Assembly: GCA_030141605.1 (NCBI GenBank)
Contig: JAQGDQ010000960.1
Coordinates: 11,891-75,890, forward strand
Origin: Tubiluchus corallicola
Taxonomy: Eukaryota; Animalia; Priapulida
Reading direction: 5' to 3'
Length of the DNA: 64,000 nt
The notes beneath the pieces were generated by a model, which saw nothing but the letters and a program-made list of their open reading frames with translations, searched no databases and was not told where the DNA came from. Below, one piece after another: positions 28,304 through 41,049 of this stretch. The position numbers were made by a program, and so were the translations under genes. Within the stretch, counting starts at the first letter, position 1. Every line of letters starts with the position of its first letter.

Positions 28304-29145
28304 CTTTTCTATACTTATTTAGCTGTTTATATCTACTGTAAAAGTGTAACTATATAACTAAATTCTACTTCTTTGGAAAATTGACAGCCGTACTCGTATT
28401 ATAAGTTGAATCAGATATTTTAGTGAGAGTTTCTTACACTAATTATAATCGAATCAAGTGTCGAACAGTCAACTGAACAAACTTATTTTGATTCCGAATC
28501 GAAACACCTAAAATCGAATTTACCCGAGTAGTAATAAACTTAAAAAGTGAAATCAAAACCAAATACGTGGAACAGGTGTATTAAATAATAATGACAGACT
28601 TTGCAACTGACTAGTGATTTACAACTGACATCCTGTTGCCACATGTACATGCATTTTTAATTTAATTACTTAATTAATGTGAAAAAACCATTATTGTGAA
28701 GTCTACAAACTGGCGTTACTGATGTGCAGATGGCTAATTTTACAGAATGAATCCAAAGCCGATTTTACTTCATGTCACTGAACCGGTAAAACCGATTACG
28801 CATATACCGATTTCTTATAATTAAACCTGATGTCTGAGTGAAACGTAAACGTGAAGCGATATTTTCCATACGTCGACTTTGAAATCAGCAGATGCTACTG
28901 CAGCTACATCATGTGTTTATTGGCACACCGTCCAAAATCAGCTTTAAAGGACAAGAAGGGGAACCAGAAGTAAATTTTACAAATATCGTCTTAAATGGTG
29001 CTTGCGTTAAAAGGATTTTTTGTTTGTTTTCATTTTAAATCTCCCGCAATACTGTTTCGACCGTGCCATTACATGACGTCACCTACACAAACGTAAATTA
29101 GGGGAAGAAAAGGCAATGTAAAATTATGTCCCAAAAAATTTTCTA
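28070..29145 (-). repeat. Arm A of an inverted segmental duplication (partner 39390-40870)
   Basis: Continuous reverse-complement match that includes ~640 nt seen nowhere else in the window and both MITE junctions. Confidence 0.93.
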
Positions 29146-29564
29146 GTTAGCCTAGTGGTTAATACAGCAATGTAAATGAATGGCGGGTTTTGCCAACTAT
29201 ATAACCTCCAAGCTGTTTATCTTGTCCGGGATGGATGTACATACACCGGCTTGCATTGTAGTCACCTTTTATGAAATAGTCATACAGGTGGGAATTAAAA
29301 TTCTCATTCAAACAAATAGTTAAACTGCAGTCAGCGACATTCGTTTGGAAATATCAAGAGCTTATGAGTTCTAATTAGGATCATGACAATAATCCCTTTG
29401 AAAAAGCATTAACGAAAAATTATTTTTATTAAGTTGGCTTGAGGATAACATTTTTGGAAGAGCTTTCAACATAAAAACACCGCATTGTGTAACTTATGCG
29501 GTATTATGTGAACGTAAATAAATTTTGTTTTTACTGGTGAAACAAAGCTGTCTGCCGCGTCAGT

Positions 29565-29817
29565 TCAGACACATCTGAATTGAGAGGTAGCATCCTGTTT
29601 TTTGTGCAGCGAATTGCAGGCGCTTGTGTTCGTCTAATTACCGAATGGCGAAATGTATGTAACAGCGAAGAACTTGTGGCGCGAACGTGAAATTGTGTTT
29701 CCGTGGCAATAATTCTTTCACGTAAGTCATTTTTGAAAAAAGTATATTTCCTTTAAATGTTTTAAAGAATGGGATGTTTTGAGTTTTAGTTTAAAGTTGG
29801 GTCCGGTTTTGCTTTAA
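29565..29817 (-). mobile_element. MITE family B, partial copy
   Basis: Ends GGGTCCGGTTTTGCT|TTAA. Confidence 0.85.
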
Positions 29818-30153
29818 TGTTTATTAGTTCGATACGTGAAAATTGTAGAAGTCGCTATACGTATTCTACCAGGACACAATTAGGTTTTGTTTTAAACAGA
29901 AAGACCCAACGACGTAGTATATTTTAGTGAAACTCTGACATAAGCCTTGTGTTCAGTTGTTCATTTCTATCATTTGTTTCTTGTGTGGAAACAGCGAAAA
30001 AGCATCTTTTGCATATTGTAGTATTTCGTTCCTGTTTTCTTGTGCTATGTTTTGCAAATTTTAGGTCAGAGGAAACCTAAATTTTGTGATCGTTCACGTC
30101 TCGTTTAAGTGTGAATTCATTTCAACTTTTTGCGACTTGTTAGATGCAACGAG

Positions 30154-30539
30154 TGAGCCTTTTCACAGTTCTGACGATTGATGATGATCGTGAAAAGGTC
30201 AAAGGTTAGGTATGTCAGACAACGCATTCGTGTACACTTGGCAACGTCTCGCAGCCCATGCTGTTGTAACAGTAACAGTTTTAACAGCTATCTAGAATCT
30301 TGCCTAGTTCATTTTTTCTTGTTCCCAAGCAAGATCCTGCTAGTAAATCACCCTATGCACAGATTAATGCATAATTAAGTAGGGTCCACGTAAAACAACG
30401 GAAGTTACTGTACTGATGCGGCATCTGGCTTTGCTTTGCCCACATGTAGCAGTTGTAATTAAGACCCGTTACTGTGGCACACTTAATCTTTGACCTACAG
30501 CAACTGCGCGTCCGCGCAACGAAACTGTGAAAAGGCTTA
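30154..30539 (+). mobile_element. MITE family D
   Basis: AGCCTTTTCACAGTT...AACTGTGAAAAGGCT TIRs. Confidence 0.9.
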
Positions 30540-30703
30540 TCCTTTGTAACTTTTTGCGATTAACTGTGACTGGCAGTGGTTGTTTAGAAGATGCAACAAA
30601 ATACATTATCATATTAAGTCAAAAACGTGAACAATTAAATGAATGAATTATAAAACTACATTCAGTAGCAAAACACAAGTACAATGTAAACGATATATTA
30701 ATA

Positions 30704-30983
30704 TAGTAGTCGCCGCTTAATAGACTCACGGTTAATACACTCAATCACTTAATTGACTCAAAAACGCCACGAACGCTTCTATTCAAATGTACATACAAAC
30801 TATCGATAATTGACTCAAATAACTCCGCATAATTGATTGATTCAAAATTTTTCCTTCACATACTTAAAATAAGATATTTGTATGTGCCCAAAGAGCCTTT
30901 CCTACTTTTATGTCATCTTCACTTCCCTTTTGTGCACTATGTATGCAGAAACAATCATGTTAAGTACCGTTCGGTTTTGCTTG
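30704..30983 (-). mobile_element. pogo/Tc1-like MITE family E, terminal part
   Basis: AGTAGTCGCCGCTTAATAGACTCACGGTTAAT matches the reverse complement of the right end of 60438-61263. Confidence 0.7.
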
Positions 30984-32335
30984 TAAACAGGTAAAGTTTC
31001 TCCCTAAAAGAGCATGACTGCTATGACATGACAACCGTAAACAGGTAAAGTTTCTGGCTAAAAGAACGTGACTGCTATGAACCGACAACCGCAAACAGGT
31101 AAAGTTTCTGGCTAAAAGAACGTGACTGCTATGACATGACAACCGTAAACAGGTAAAGTGTCTGGCATAAAGAAGGTGACTGCTATGACACGACAACCGT
31201 AAACAGGTAAAGTTTCTGGCTAAAAGAACATGACTGCTATGACACGACAACCGTAAACAGGTAAAGTTTCTGGCATAAAGAACGTGACTGCTATGACATG
31301 ACAACCGTAAACAGGTAAAGTTTCTAGCATAAAGAATATGACTGCTGTGACACAACAACCGTAAACAGGTAAAGTTTCTGGCTAAAAGAACATGACTGCT
31401 ATGACACGACAACCGTAAACAGGTAAAGTTTCTGGCATAAAGAACGTGACTGCTATGACATGACAACCGTAAACAGGTAAAGTTTCTAACATAAAGAATA
31501 TGACTGCTGTGACACAACAACCGTAAACAGGTAAAGTTTCTAGCTAAAAGAACATGACTGCTATGACACGACAACTGTAAGCAGGTAAGGTTTCTGGCTA
31601 AAAGAACGTGACTGCTACGACACGACGACCATAAACAGGTAAAGTTTCTGGCTAAAAGAACGTGACTGCTATGACACGACAACCATAAACAGGTAAAGTT
31701 TCTGGCTAAAAGAACGTGACTGCTATGACACGACAACCGTAAACAGGTAAAGTTTCTGGCTAAAGGAACGTGATTGCTATGACACGACAACCATAAACAG
31801 GTACAGTTTCGGGCTAAAAGAACGTGACTGCTATGACACGACAACCGTAAACAGTTAAAGTTTCCGGCTAAGAGAACGTGACTGCTATGACACGACAACC
31901 GTAAACAGTTAAAGTTTCCAGCTAAAAGAACGTGACTGCTATGACACGACAACCGTAAACAGGTAAAGTTTCTCGCTAAAAGAGCATGACTGCTATGACA
32001 CGACAACTGTAAACAGGTAAAGTTTCTAGCTAAAAGAGCATGACTGCTATGACATGACAACTGTAAATAGGCAAAGTTTCGGGCTAAAAGAACGTGATTG
32101 CTATGACACGACAGCCATAAACAGGTAAAGTTTCGGGCTAAAAGAACGTGACTGTTATGACACGACAACCATAAACAGGTAAAGTTTCTGGCTAAAGGAA
32201 CGTGATTGCTATGACACGACAACCATAAACAGGTACAGTTTCGGGCTAAAAGAACGTGACTGCTGTGACACGACAACCATAAACAGGTAAAGTTTCTGGC
32301 TAAAGGAACGTGACTGCTATGACACGACAGCCATT
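30984..32335. repeat. 54-bp minisatellite, ~25 copies
   Basis: Unit AAACAGGTAAAGTTTCTGGCTAAAAGAACGTGACTGCTATGACACGACAACCGT, head to tail with no spacers. Confidence 0.97.
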
Positions 32336-32751
32336 CACATTAAGTTCTGTCGATGACATTATCTATCACACCCAAGTCAAGTATCATCTAATTAGTTATT
32401 CTCGAACACCTGCTTCAAGGTAGATGATTACCTGTCTACCTGGCAGACATTTATTAGAGAAATGATTGATGAACGAATCAGGAAATTGTAATTGTTTCTC
32501 TCATGTTCCTTCCTCATTCTAACGTTTTTGAGAACTTTGGTTTTCTTTTTTACATTTTTCTTTTAAATCTCTAAGGTCTCTTTTAATCATCGTTACATCA
32601 AACGCTAATCTTTTTGTACGATTTTTTCATCTTAGTTTTGTTGGCAAAGTTCCCAGGGAATAAAATCTCTTGCAAATCCATTAAATGCTTTTACTGTAAT
32701 TGTTTGCATTTACATCTATCGTAAATAAACTGTGATCATTTATAGATATAT

Positions 32752-33111
32752 TAAGCCTTTTCACAGTTTTGTTGTGCGCAGGTGCTGTAGGTCAAAGGTT
32801 AAGTGTACCGGACAAGGCAAGCCCATGCTGTTGTAATAGTAACAGTTTTAACAGCTAGCTAGAATATTACCTAGTTCATTTTTTCTTGTTCACAAGCAAG
32901 ATCTTGCTAGTAAATCACTCTACGCACGGACTTAATTAGTTACATAACTAAGTAAAGTCCACGTAAAACAATTGAAGTTACTGAACTGATGCGATTGACG
33001 GCTTTGCTTTATATACATGTCACGTGGCTGTTGTAGTTAAGACGCGTTACTGTGGTACACTTTGACATGCAGCAACTGCGCGTGCGCACAGCGAGACTGT
33101 GAAAAGGCTTA
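32752..33111 (+). mobile_element. MITE family D, variant with extended inverted ends
   Basis: taAGCCTTTTCACAGT...ACTGTGAAAAGGCTta. The left end resembles the reverse complement of the right end for ~55 nt. Confidence 0.88.
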
Positions 33112-33962
33112 TTCAATGAAACATATCCTGTTATAGTGAATCAGAGAGTGCCAGAACTTCGTATGTTCCTATTTCGCTTGATTCTGATGACGGACACGCT
33201 CACGAACACAATGAATATGACGAACTGTCCTCCTCTAGGCTCTTGCCATTCAGTCTAATCTAGGCTGCTTTCATAATATTATATTTGTTTTTTTCTGTTA
33301 TTGGCGTTGGCAAGTGAATATTTAATTTTCTCGGAAAATTCCATCTTTCATTCACGCAAAACACTGTATGTAGATGCGCAACCATCAACAACAAACCTCT
33401 CAACAATAATTCAGCGAAATGGCTCTGATATACATAATGAAATTTCAAGTGAAATTCGTTCGTGTCCACAAGGGTTTGGCCAACAAACTCGTGGTGTAAT
33501 TAAATGTTTTCTTATGCAGGGTTGAGTTTTAGATTTAGCGTCTCAAGCTGTTTTCATTTTTTTCTTTTCTGTTGTTATCGATTTCTTTTATCAGGTCTTG
33601 TGAAAACGAGAGACAAAGTAAAATGAATAAACATCGGAGAAGTAGAACAGAGTGAACCCTCGTTTATATTGTTTGGTAAATAAGTTCCTTTGTGTTAATT
33701 TTCAGTGTTTTCAAAAGTTGTGCAGTTGTAAAATTTCCACGTTGTTTTTTGTTTGTATGTATAAATGTGATTTTTTGTTTTGCAATGTTAGAATTCTGTG
33801 AGTGTTAAAATTAAGTAGAAATTAATTAATTATTTTAGATTTTAAAGTAGACTTAGTAAACGCTCTTGCTTTCATCAGCTTCCCGACTAATTGTAAACAA
33901 AAGTTTTATGTATATGTATTTTGTGTAGTACAGTTTGTGTTCATTAATTGAAAGAAAAACTA

Positions 33963-33994
<32 letters not shown>

Positions 33995-33998
33995 TTTT

Positions 33999-34042
<44 letters not shown>

Positions 34043-34553
34043 CTTACAATCGATATCAATGCAAGAGATTATTTGAAGTTTAAGAACCGACACGTCTTAC
34101 GGACTAGAAGAAGTTTAAGAAGAATTCAGGAATTCACAGTCAGCCGAAATCAAGGTTATTAAATCGTTAACAGCATTGAAAACCAGAACCAAAACATTAA
34201 TGATGTCAAGATTTGAATATCCAACGTACCAACATGACAGCTTTACGCACTAATGCAGAATTGATTTACCCCAGGCCTTATTAAACGATTTAATTATTGT
34301 TGATAGTCAGTTTGTAAATTTTCAGAATATCCACATAAATTTGTAAGCGCATAAAACATAACTTACTTCGCACATTCTCCGGAACATATACCCTGCCTAG
34401 AAAAATTTCATCAAAATTCATTGACCGATTGTTCTACTTTCACATTATGTTCCATAAATGCCTAGGAAAAGTGCATAAGAAATTATTTTATGCACATTAC
34501 CTGGACTCAGTTTCAACAGGTCATAGCAAACTTACCGACGTCATTATTAATAG

Positions 34554-35149
34554 TTAAAGCAAAACCGAACCCAAATCTTAAACTGTAGGTCAAAACAATC
34601 CACTCTTTAAAATATTGAAAATTGATACTATTTTTTCATATATGCCGTTGGCGTCTCTAGTTCTTCGCTGTTACCTGCATTTCACCATTCGTTAGTTAGA
34701 CGGGCACTAGCTGTCTGTATTTCGGAAACGCATTGCATAAAAATAGGTGTAGTACCTCTCAGTTCATATGTGTTAATTTGTGACGTCCTGCATACGTTCG
34801 AAATCTCCCGCTTGAGCAAAGAGGTAAATTTGAAATTTGAATTTTCATCTTAAAACTCGCCTAGTTTTAGTACAACACACTGAATATCTTACAGTAGCAC
34901 TGTACTTCAATTTTCGCTTTCACAAACACATGAGACACGCTTATGAAATATTTTTGCTGTTGAGAATTATGTTAGTGTGTGATGCTGTCACAAATAGTGA
35001 TCAATAGTTGGGCTCGTCCACCGTTAATTAAGACTTTAATCTGTCATTTAATTATCAGAAATGCTTTTGCAGTATTAACTGTATTAAAATGTGTACTTTT
35101 TATTGGACTTGAAAGTTGGGTAGTATATGAAAAATCATCCTGTCTTTAA
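34554..35149 (+). mobile_element. MITE family B, full copy
   Basis: TTAA|AGCAAAACCG...TCCTGTCT|TTAA. Confidence 0.9.
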
Positions 35150-35745
35150 GTGACTGTAATAGCGACGTCGTTAACTCAGTGATGCCTTTGTGAAACCGGC
35201 CCCTGGTTTGCTTTGACAGTCCACAAAATACCCACGCATTCTATCGAATCCTTTGTCATAACAAATAAATATCACTGTTATTTTCCAAGACACATCATCA
35301 GCGACAGCGACATCCAGTATGACAACCCCGAGTAGGCGTGTTGATGATATTCGTACCACCATACTTAAAGTGATTGCAATCATGTTTAACCCCCTCCCTT
35401 CCCTTCCCAAGTGTAGCAGACATTTGTCCACGCAAAGGGTCTATCTACTCTGAGGAAGACAGTCATATCTATTTCAATGGCTGCACAAATTTTCAGATTT
35501 TGCAATCATTTGTCAAAATGTGTTTATTTGGAAGACCAGCGCATAAATAAATTTCGCTAAAACCTTCTCTATATTTGAGAATTCATACGTAAAAAAATCG
35601 TGGCACTAATCAGCTTTACCTGATTACGCTCGCTAGGCAACTGACATGCATGGGCGTTGCTTAATTAAGGATTACATTTGTAATTAGTTTTCCTTTGAGA
35701 ATTTTGTTTAATGAAAACCCATCGCTGCGTCATTCAAAGTGTCAA

Positions 35746-35864
<119 letters not shown>

Positions 35865-36476
35865 CAACAACAACAGTAACAACAACAGTAGCAATAACAG
35901 AAATAATTTACTGACTAATTTTTAAAACCACAAATCAGTGCTCAGTAATTTACAATGTGATTCTAAACCCATGTAAATAAACACTTATTACATACACACA
36001 GTGTATTAATATCTCGAGTTAAGATGTTCATCGTTATAAGCTAAAAAAGCAAAATCTGTCTTCACAAACGACATAAAAAAGTCAGATTAAAGCTTTGTTG
36101 TGCACGCCTAGGGACCACGACTCGTTCCATTTCTAAATGGTATACGCTGGTAGCGTAATTTCCTGCGTTGTGCCACACCATTTCCGTCTTCATCCATCAA
36201 TTGAGAGTGAACAAAGTCGTTTGGCAGCTATTAAATGCTGATCAAGTTACGGATTGATGATCATCGTATTGGTAAATTGATGCTGAGCTGTCCTCGAATC
36301 GTTATTTTATTATCAACTCATGTGAATGACAATTAATGACGCGAGATTATGGGAGGGGGGATGTATTATTAAGTGCAGAGACAAAATAGAGAAATCTAGA
36401 AGCTTTTGAAATAAAGGCATTAGCAGTAATACTTCAAGCCTAATTAAGAGCTTTAGGCATTAGATAGTTGTTTTTG

Positions 36477-36553
36477 TAGTAGTAGTAGTGGTGGTGGTGG
36501 TGGTGGTGGTGATGGTGGTAGCAGTAGTAGTAGTACTAGTAGTAGAGGTGGTG

Positions 36554-36650
<97 letters not shown>

Positions 36651-36685
36651 GAGTAGTAGTAATAGTGGTGGTGGTGGTTTTGGTG

Positions 36686-36755
<70 letters not shown>

Positions 36756-36803
36756 CAGTAGCAGTAGCAGTAGCAGTAGCAGTAGCAGTAGCAGTAGCAG
36801 TAG
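36477..36803. repeat. (AGT/GGT/AGC)n compound microsatellite
   Basis: Direct inspection. Confidence 0.97.
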
Positions 36804-37199
36804 CTTTCGAAATAAAGACATCACATGTAACAGTAATACATGTACTTCAAGCCTAATTAAACATTTTGGGCAACAGACAAATCTTTCGTTTAGTTTTATT
36901 TTCAGCAATACATGATTTTCAGAGAACTTGTTGAACTTAGTCCTTTGTGTTGTATAGTTTTAAGCGGTGTGTTGTATTACTGATGCATTTTAGTAAAAAT
37001 TATGCAAGAAAGTTGAGATTTTGCATGTCTGGTAATTAGTTGTCCAATAATATTGAGCAAAATGAAGTAACTATGATATGCTGACAATACTAATAACAGT
37101 TCCCTAGTTTTACCAAATAACGTGGTAGCGTAAAAAGTCAATGGCTTTGCTGTGACAAGATGATGTTAAGATTAATAATTACGCTTTAGAGGTACATTT

Positions 37200-37318
37200 G
37201 TAAGCTTTGACAAAAGCTCATTTTCACGCACGAAAGCAGTGCTAAATGAGAGTCTGAAAATTTTTCGACTGGGACTCGAGCGCAAGATCTTCTGCTTTTC
37301 GCGCAACTACTCTAAAAC
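37200..37318 (-). mobile_element. Possible decayed tRNA-derived SINE head
   Basis: The - strand reads TAGAGTAGTTGCGCGAAAAGCAGAAGATCTTGCGCTCGAGTCCCAGTCG, a tRNA-like layout with a degenerate B box. Confidence 0.4.
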
Positions 37319-37419
37319 TAACAAACATATCAAATCGCCTGTCCCACCATTATTATAAAATGTAATATATGTAAATGTATTATAAATATCATAGAATTGT
37401 AATATAAATATTGTACTTA

Positions 37420-37712
37420 ACACCTCTTTCACGCAAAATGTAAGTTTCTGTTGAAGCGAAGTTATGCATCTGGTCTGTATAAAAACGGTCGTTTCTACTC
37501 TTTTAGTGGTCCAGTTAGATTAATCCTTACAGTGTAAACAGTATTTCATCATTATTATTTTGGAATTGTACTGAACACCCTTTTTATGTAAAATGTAAGT
37601 TTCTGTTGAGGCCAAGTTATGCATCTGATCTGTATAAAAACGCTCGTTTCTGCTCTTTTACTGTTAGATTAATCCACGATGGTGCAGACTCTATTTCATC
37701 ATTATTTTGAAT
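37420..37712. repeat. ~150-bp tandem duplication
   Basis: AAAATGTAAGTTTCTGTTGA...TATTTCATCATTATT occurs twice. Confidence 0.85.
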
Positions 37713-38052
37713 TTACTGCATGTAATTTCGCAATAAAGGTATCGTTTTTCTTACACATTATTCTGTTGTTTCGTGGATGGATGTCAGAAGAGTTATAGAC
37801 TGCTTGGCCTCCGCATCTGCTGGTACCAAACCAACCTGGGTAGTTTTACCACTTGTCGGCGAGGTACCGCCGGCAGCTCAATATATTGTAGATAATATTA
37901 TAAAATGCACAACTCTTATCTTTACAAGCTACAGTATTTGAAAAACAGTTGTAACATACCAGTATATCAGTTTTTTTTTATAATTATCCTGCAATAAAGA
38001 GGTATGGCAAAAGTAACAAGGTATACATAGGTGATTTTTTTACTTCGTTTAG

Positions 38053-38376
38053 ATATTTCCTCATCCAACAATGATCGGCGAGGACCGACATTTATCAACG
38101 AACCTCCGACTTCTGTGCTATTCACCAACGATACTGGGACCTCTGTACATTGTGCTGCATCAGGTAACCCCCCACCTGCAGTAGAGTGGAGAAGTGTTGA
38201 TGGAAGCATCGTTGAAGACATTGAGAACATTCGTCATGTGTCAAAGAACGGCACTCTTAGTTTGGCAAAGTTCAATCCTCGTCTTTACGTGCCGAATGTT
38301 CATTCAACAACGTACGTATGCTTTGCGCGGAACGCCATGGGTACCATAAGAAGCAAGAATGTAACCGTTCATGCTG
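38053..38376 (+). CDS. Dscam: Dscam Ig1 exon (324 nt, phase 1-1)
   Basis: tttag|AT...GCT G|GTAAGT. GPTFINEPPTSVLFTNDTG..C.ASGNPPP.V.W...Y.C.ARN.MG.IRS matches Dscam Ig1. Confidence 0.96.
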
Positions 38377-38714
38377 GTAAGTTGACAAATTCGTAATGTG
38401 CCGATATTTGATGGAATTGGCTCCGTAACCGAATCAATATATCAATCGCTAGGCAATGTAGCTAATCGATTTGTTATATGATTCGGTTGTATGTTAAGAC
38501 TGCCGTTTTTTGCCTTCGTTTAGTTTGTTACGCTAAAAATGACGTACATTATATAGTTATTTTTCCATATGTTAAAGCTATTATAGATGTAGGAAAGATA
38601 TTGCAGGTGCTTTGCTGACTGCCCTGCAGTAAGGCAGTTGATTGTCTGCCTTATGGCCTTTTAACTGGCATAGAAGATGCAAGTGCCCAAATACTCGTCA
38701 GTTACCCCCGAGGA

Positions 38715-38890
38715 TGGCAGAAAGTGTTAAAATCGGTGACATTACTAGCGATTGGTGTAATCTTAGTTTTGGCATCCCACAAGATTTCATTTTAGGTCCC
38801 TCCCTGTCTAACATTTTTACTAATGTTATTTTCATTTTTATAGAAAAAGTCTTACTACCAAATTTTGCTAATGATAACGCTCTCTGATGC
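38715..38890 (+). mobile_element. LINE RT fragment
   Basis: FGIPQDFILGPSLSNIFTN...NFANDN, a decayed GVPQGSxLGP / FADD. Confidence 0.75.
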
Positions 38891-38959
38891 CACATACATG
38901 AGTTTTAATAGTTGAACTCCCACTGTGAAATTATTTAATTTAATGCGCAATGAAACCAT

Positions 38960-39590
38960 ACACATACATAAGGCTTTAAAAATTCGTCTTGAAATTTTAT
39001 ACCACTTACATACTGCTTTCTTTCATGCAGGGCTTGTGTCGGTAGTAACGCTGTATAAAATGTGTAAATTTAAACTTCCGCGATGACCGTTAGGCGCAGC
39101 CACTTTGATGGTAGGTCGTTGAAACGAGTTTAGATAACATTGAGTAAAGTTTGAAAAAATAGTCAGAGCATTCGTAGCATACATGTTGCTAACTGAGAAA
39201 ATTTTTAAATTGCTGCATCTTGTCAATAAGATTAAAAATACGTTTTTGGTTAGTGAGCGGCGCACCCTGGACGATGAGTCAGCGACATTTTACCAATTGG
39301 TGAAACCAAATAATTAATAATATTCTTTTCTAGTTACATAAGTCTTTGCAGCAGGTAAGCGACATGCTAAGTAATATAACTTTGCACAGAAATTTTTTTG
39401 GGACATAATCTAACGTTGTCTTTTCTTCCCCTAATTTACGTTTGTGTAGGTGACGTCATATAATGGCGCGGTCGAAACAGTATTGCGGGAGATTTAAAAT
39501 GAAAACAAACAAAAAATCCTTTTGACGCAAGCACCATTTAGGGCGATATTTGTGAAATTTACTTCTGGTTCCCCTTTTCTTGTCCTTTGA
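38960..39590 (+). mobile_element. MITE family A, near-full copy
   Basis: Homologous to 12293-12976. Its right third lies inside the inverted duplication. Confidence 0.88.
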
Positions 39591-40870
39591 AGCTGATTTT
39601 GGACGGAGTGCCAATAAACACATGATGTAGCTGCAGTAGCATCTGCTGATTTCAAAGTCGACGTATGGAAGCTTCACGTTTACGTTTCACTCAGACATCA
39701 AGTTTAATTATAAGAAATCGGTATATACGTAATCGGTTTTACCGGTTCAGTGACATGAAGTAAAATCGGCTTTGGATTCATTCTGTAAAATTAGCCATCT
39801 GCACATCAGTAACGCCAGTTTGTAGACTTCACAATAATGGTTTTTTCACATTAATTAAGTAATTAAATTAAAAATGCATGTACATGTGGCAACAGGATGT
39901 CAGTTGTAAATCACTAGTCAGTTGCAGAGTCTCATTATTATTTAATACACCTGTTCCACGTGTTTGGTTTTGATTTCACTTTTTAAGTTTATTACTACTC
40001 GGGTAAATTCGGTTTTTTAGGTGTTTTGATTCGGAATCAAAATAAGTTTTCAGTTGTTCAGTTGACTGTTCGACACTTGATTCGATTATAATTAGAGTAA
40101 GAAACTCTCACTAAAAAATCTGATTCAACTTATAATACGAGTACGGCTGTCAATTTTCCAAAGAAGTCTGTAAATTCAGTAGAATATAGTTATATAGTTA
40201 CACTTTATACAGTATATATTGTAGCGGGTCGCAGAATTAAACCGTCACGGGCTTCGTGAAAATGCAGTGTATTGAATGTAAAATTGCCTGGGCCAATTAG
40301 AGCTCAGTTTTCTAGGCCAATTTTCTCGAGCGTGCAACCTGTTCTCGTAGATTCGAGGGCAGTGCGTTCTCGGCCATATTCGGCTTCGGTTTCATTTTGT
40401 TTTTCTCTTCTTGTTTGCTGTTGTTAAGTCAGTCGTGATTCAGTAATTTTTGGTTTAACCCATTGGTTTGCATTTCGACTCAACGCGTAAGTGTCAGCTA
40501 TAAACTGTTGTTAAGTGTTTCGTTTTACTGTTTTTCTTTCTTTTCTTTTTTTTATAATTTTCCTTAGTTAATTATGTATCCTCGCTATCATAGACGGCAT
40601 CACAATATAAACAATCAAATAAGTATAGAAAAGCAGAGTGTATTAATCAATAGGCTAACAGGGCTATAGCATAGGGTGCCAAAAGTTTGAGCGGCGTCAC
40701 ATTTTGGAAAAAAATCTTATTCTTCTCTGAAAATGCGTATACTTTCGTATTCACGTAAATGGCGCGTTTTATAACACACCACAGGCTGTTACTGAGCGCA
40801 GGTTTTATATAAGTGTCACATAACGAACAGGTGCAAGGTGTTACCCAACAAGCAGTTGCGCAGCTTGCCT
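39390..40870 (+). repeat. Arm B of the inverted segmental duplication, interrupted by a solo LTR
   Basis: Reverse complement of 28070-29145 apart from the 40220-40604 insertion. Confidence 0.93.
40220..40604. mobile_element. Solo LTR (385 bp), probably Ty3/Gypsy
   Basis: TGT...ACA termini and a 4-bp TSD ATAT (40216-19 and 40605-08). It is absent from the paralogous arm A, which shows the empty site. Confidence 0.8.
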
Positions 40871-41049
40871 GTTGCCAATATAAGCCCCATGCAAATATAT
40901 GACCGTGTAGTAACTAGGCTAATAGTTAGTCTAATACACCACAGGTAATCGTTTAATCAGCTCATTACATAAGCAGTCAAAAATTCACAATAAAGATGGG
41001 CGGGGCAGTACTATCAGCCTAGGGCATCGTAAAGTGTTGATACGCCCTT
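40634..41049 (+). mobile_element. MITE family C
   Basis: Homologous to 44070-44468. Confidence 0.85.

Noticed and set aside
30960-32335. CRISPR array, or a 438-aa Cys/His-rich protein
   Set aside because: The 54-bp units are head to tail with no unique spacers and no cas genes, in a eukaryotic intron. The ORF follows from a unit length divisible by 3 and has a non-ATG start.
33595-33675. Cassette exon or recursive splice site after a strong polypyrimidine tract (TCAG|GTCTTG)
   Set aside because: There is a stop in the Dscam frame, and the regenerated donor is a poor consensus match.
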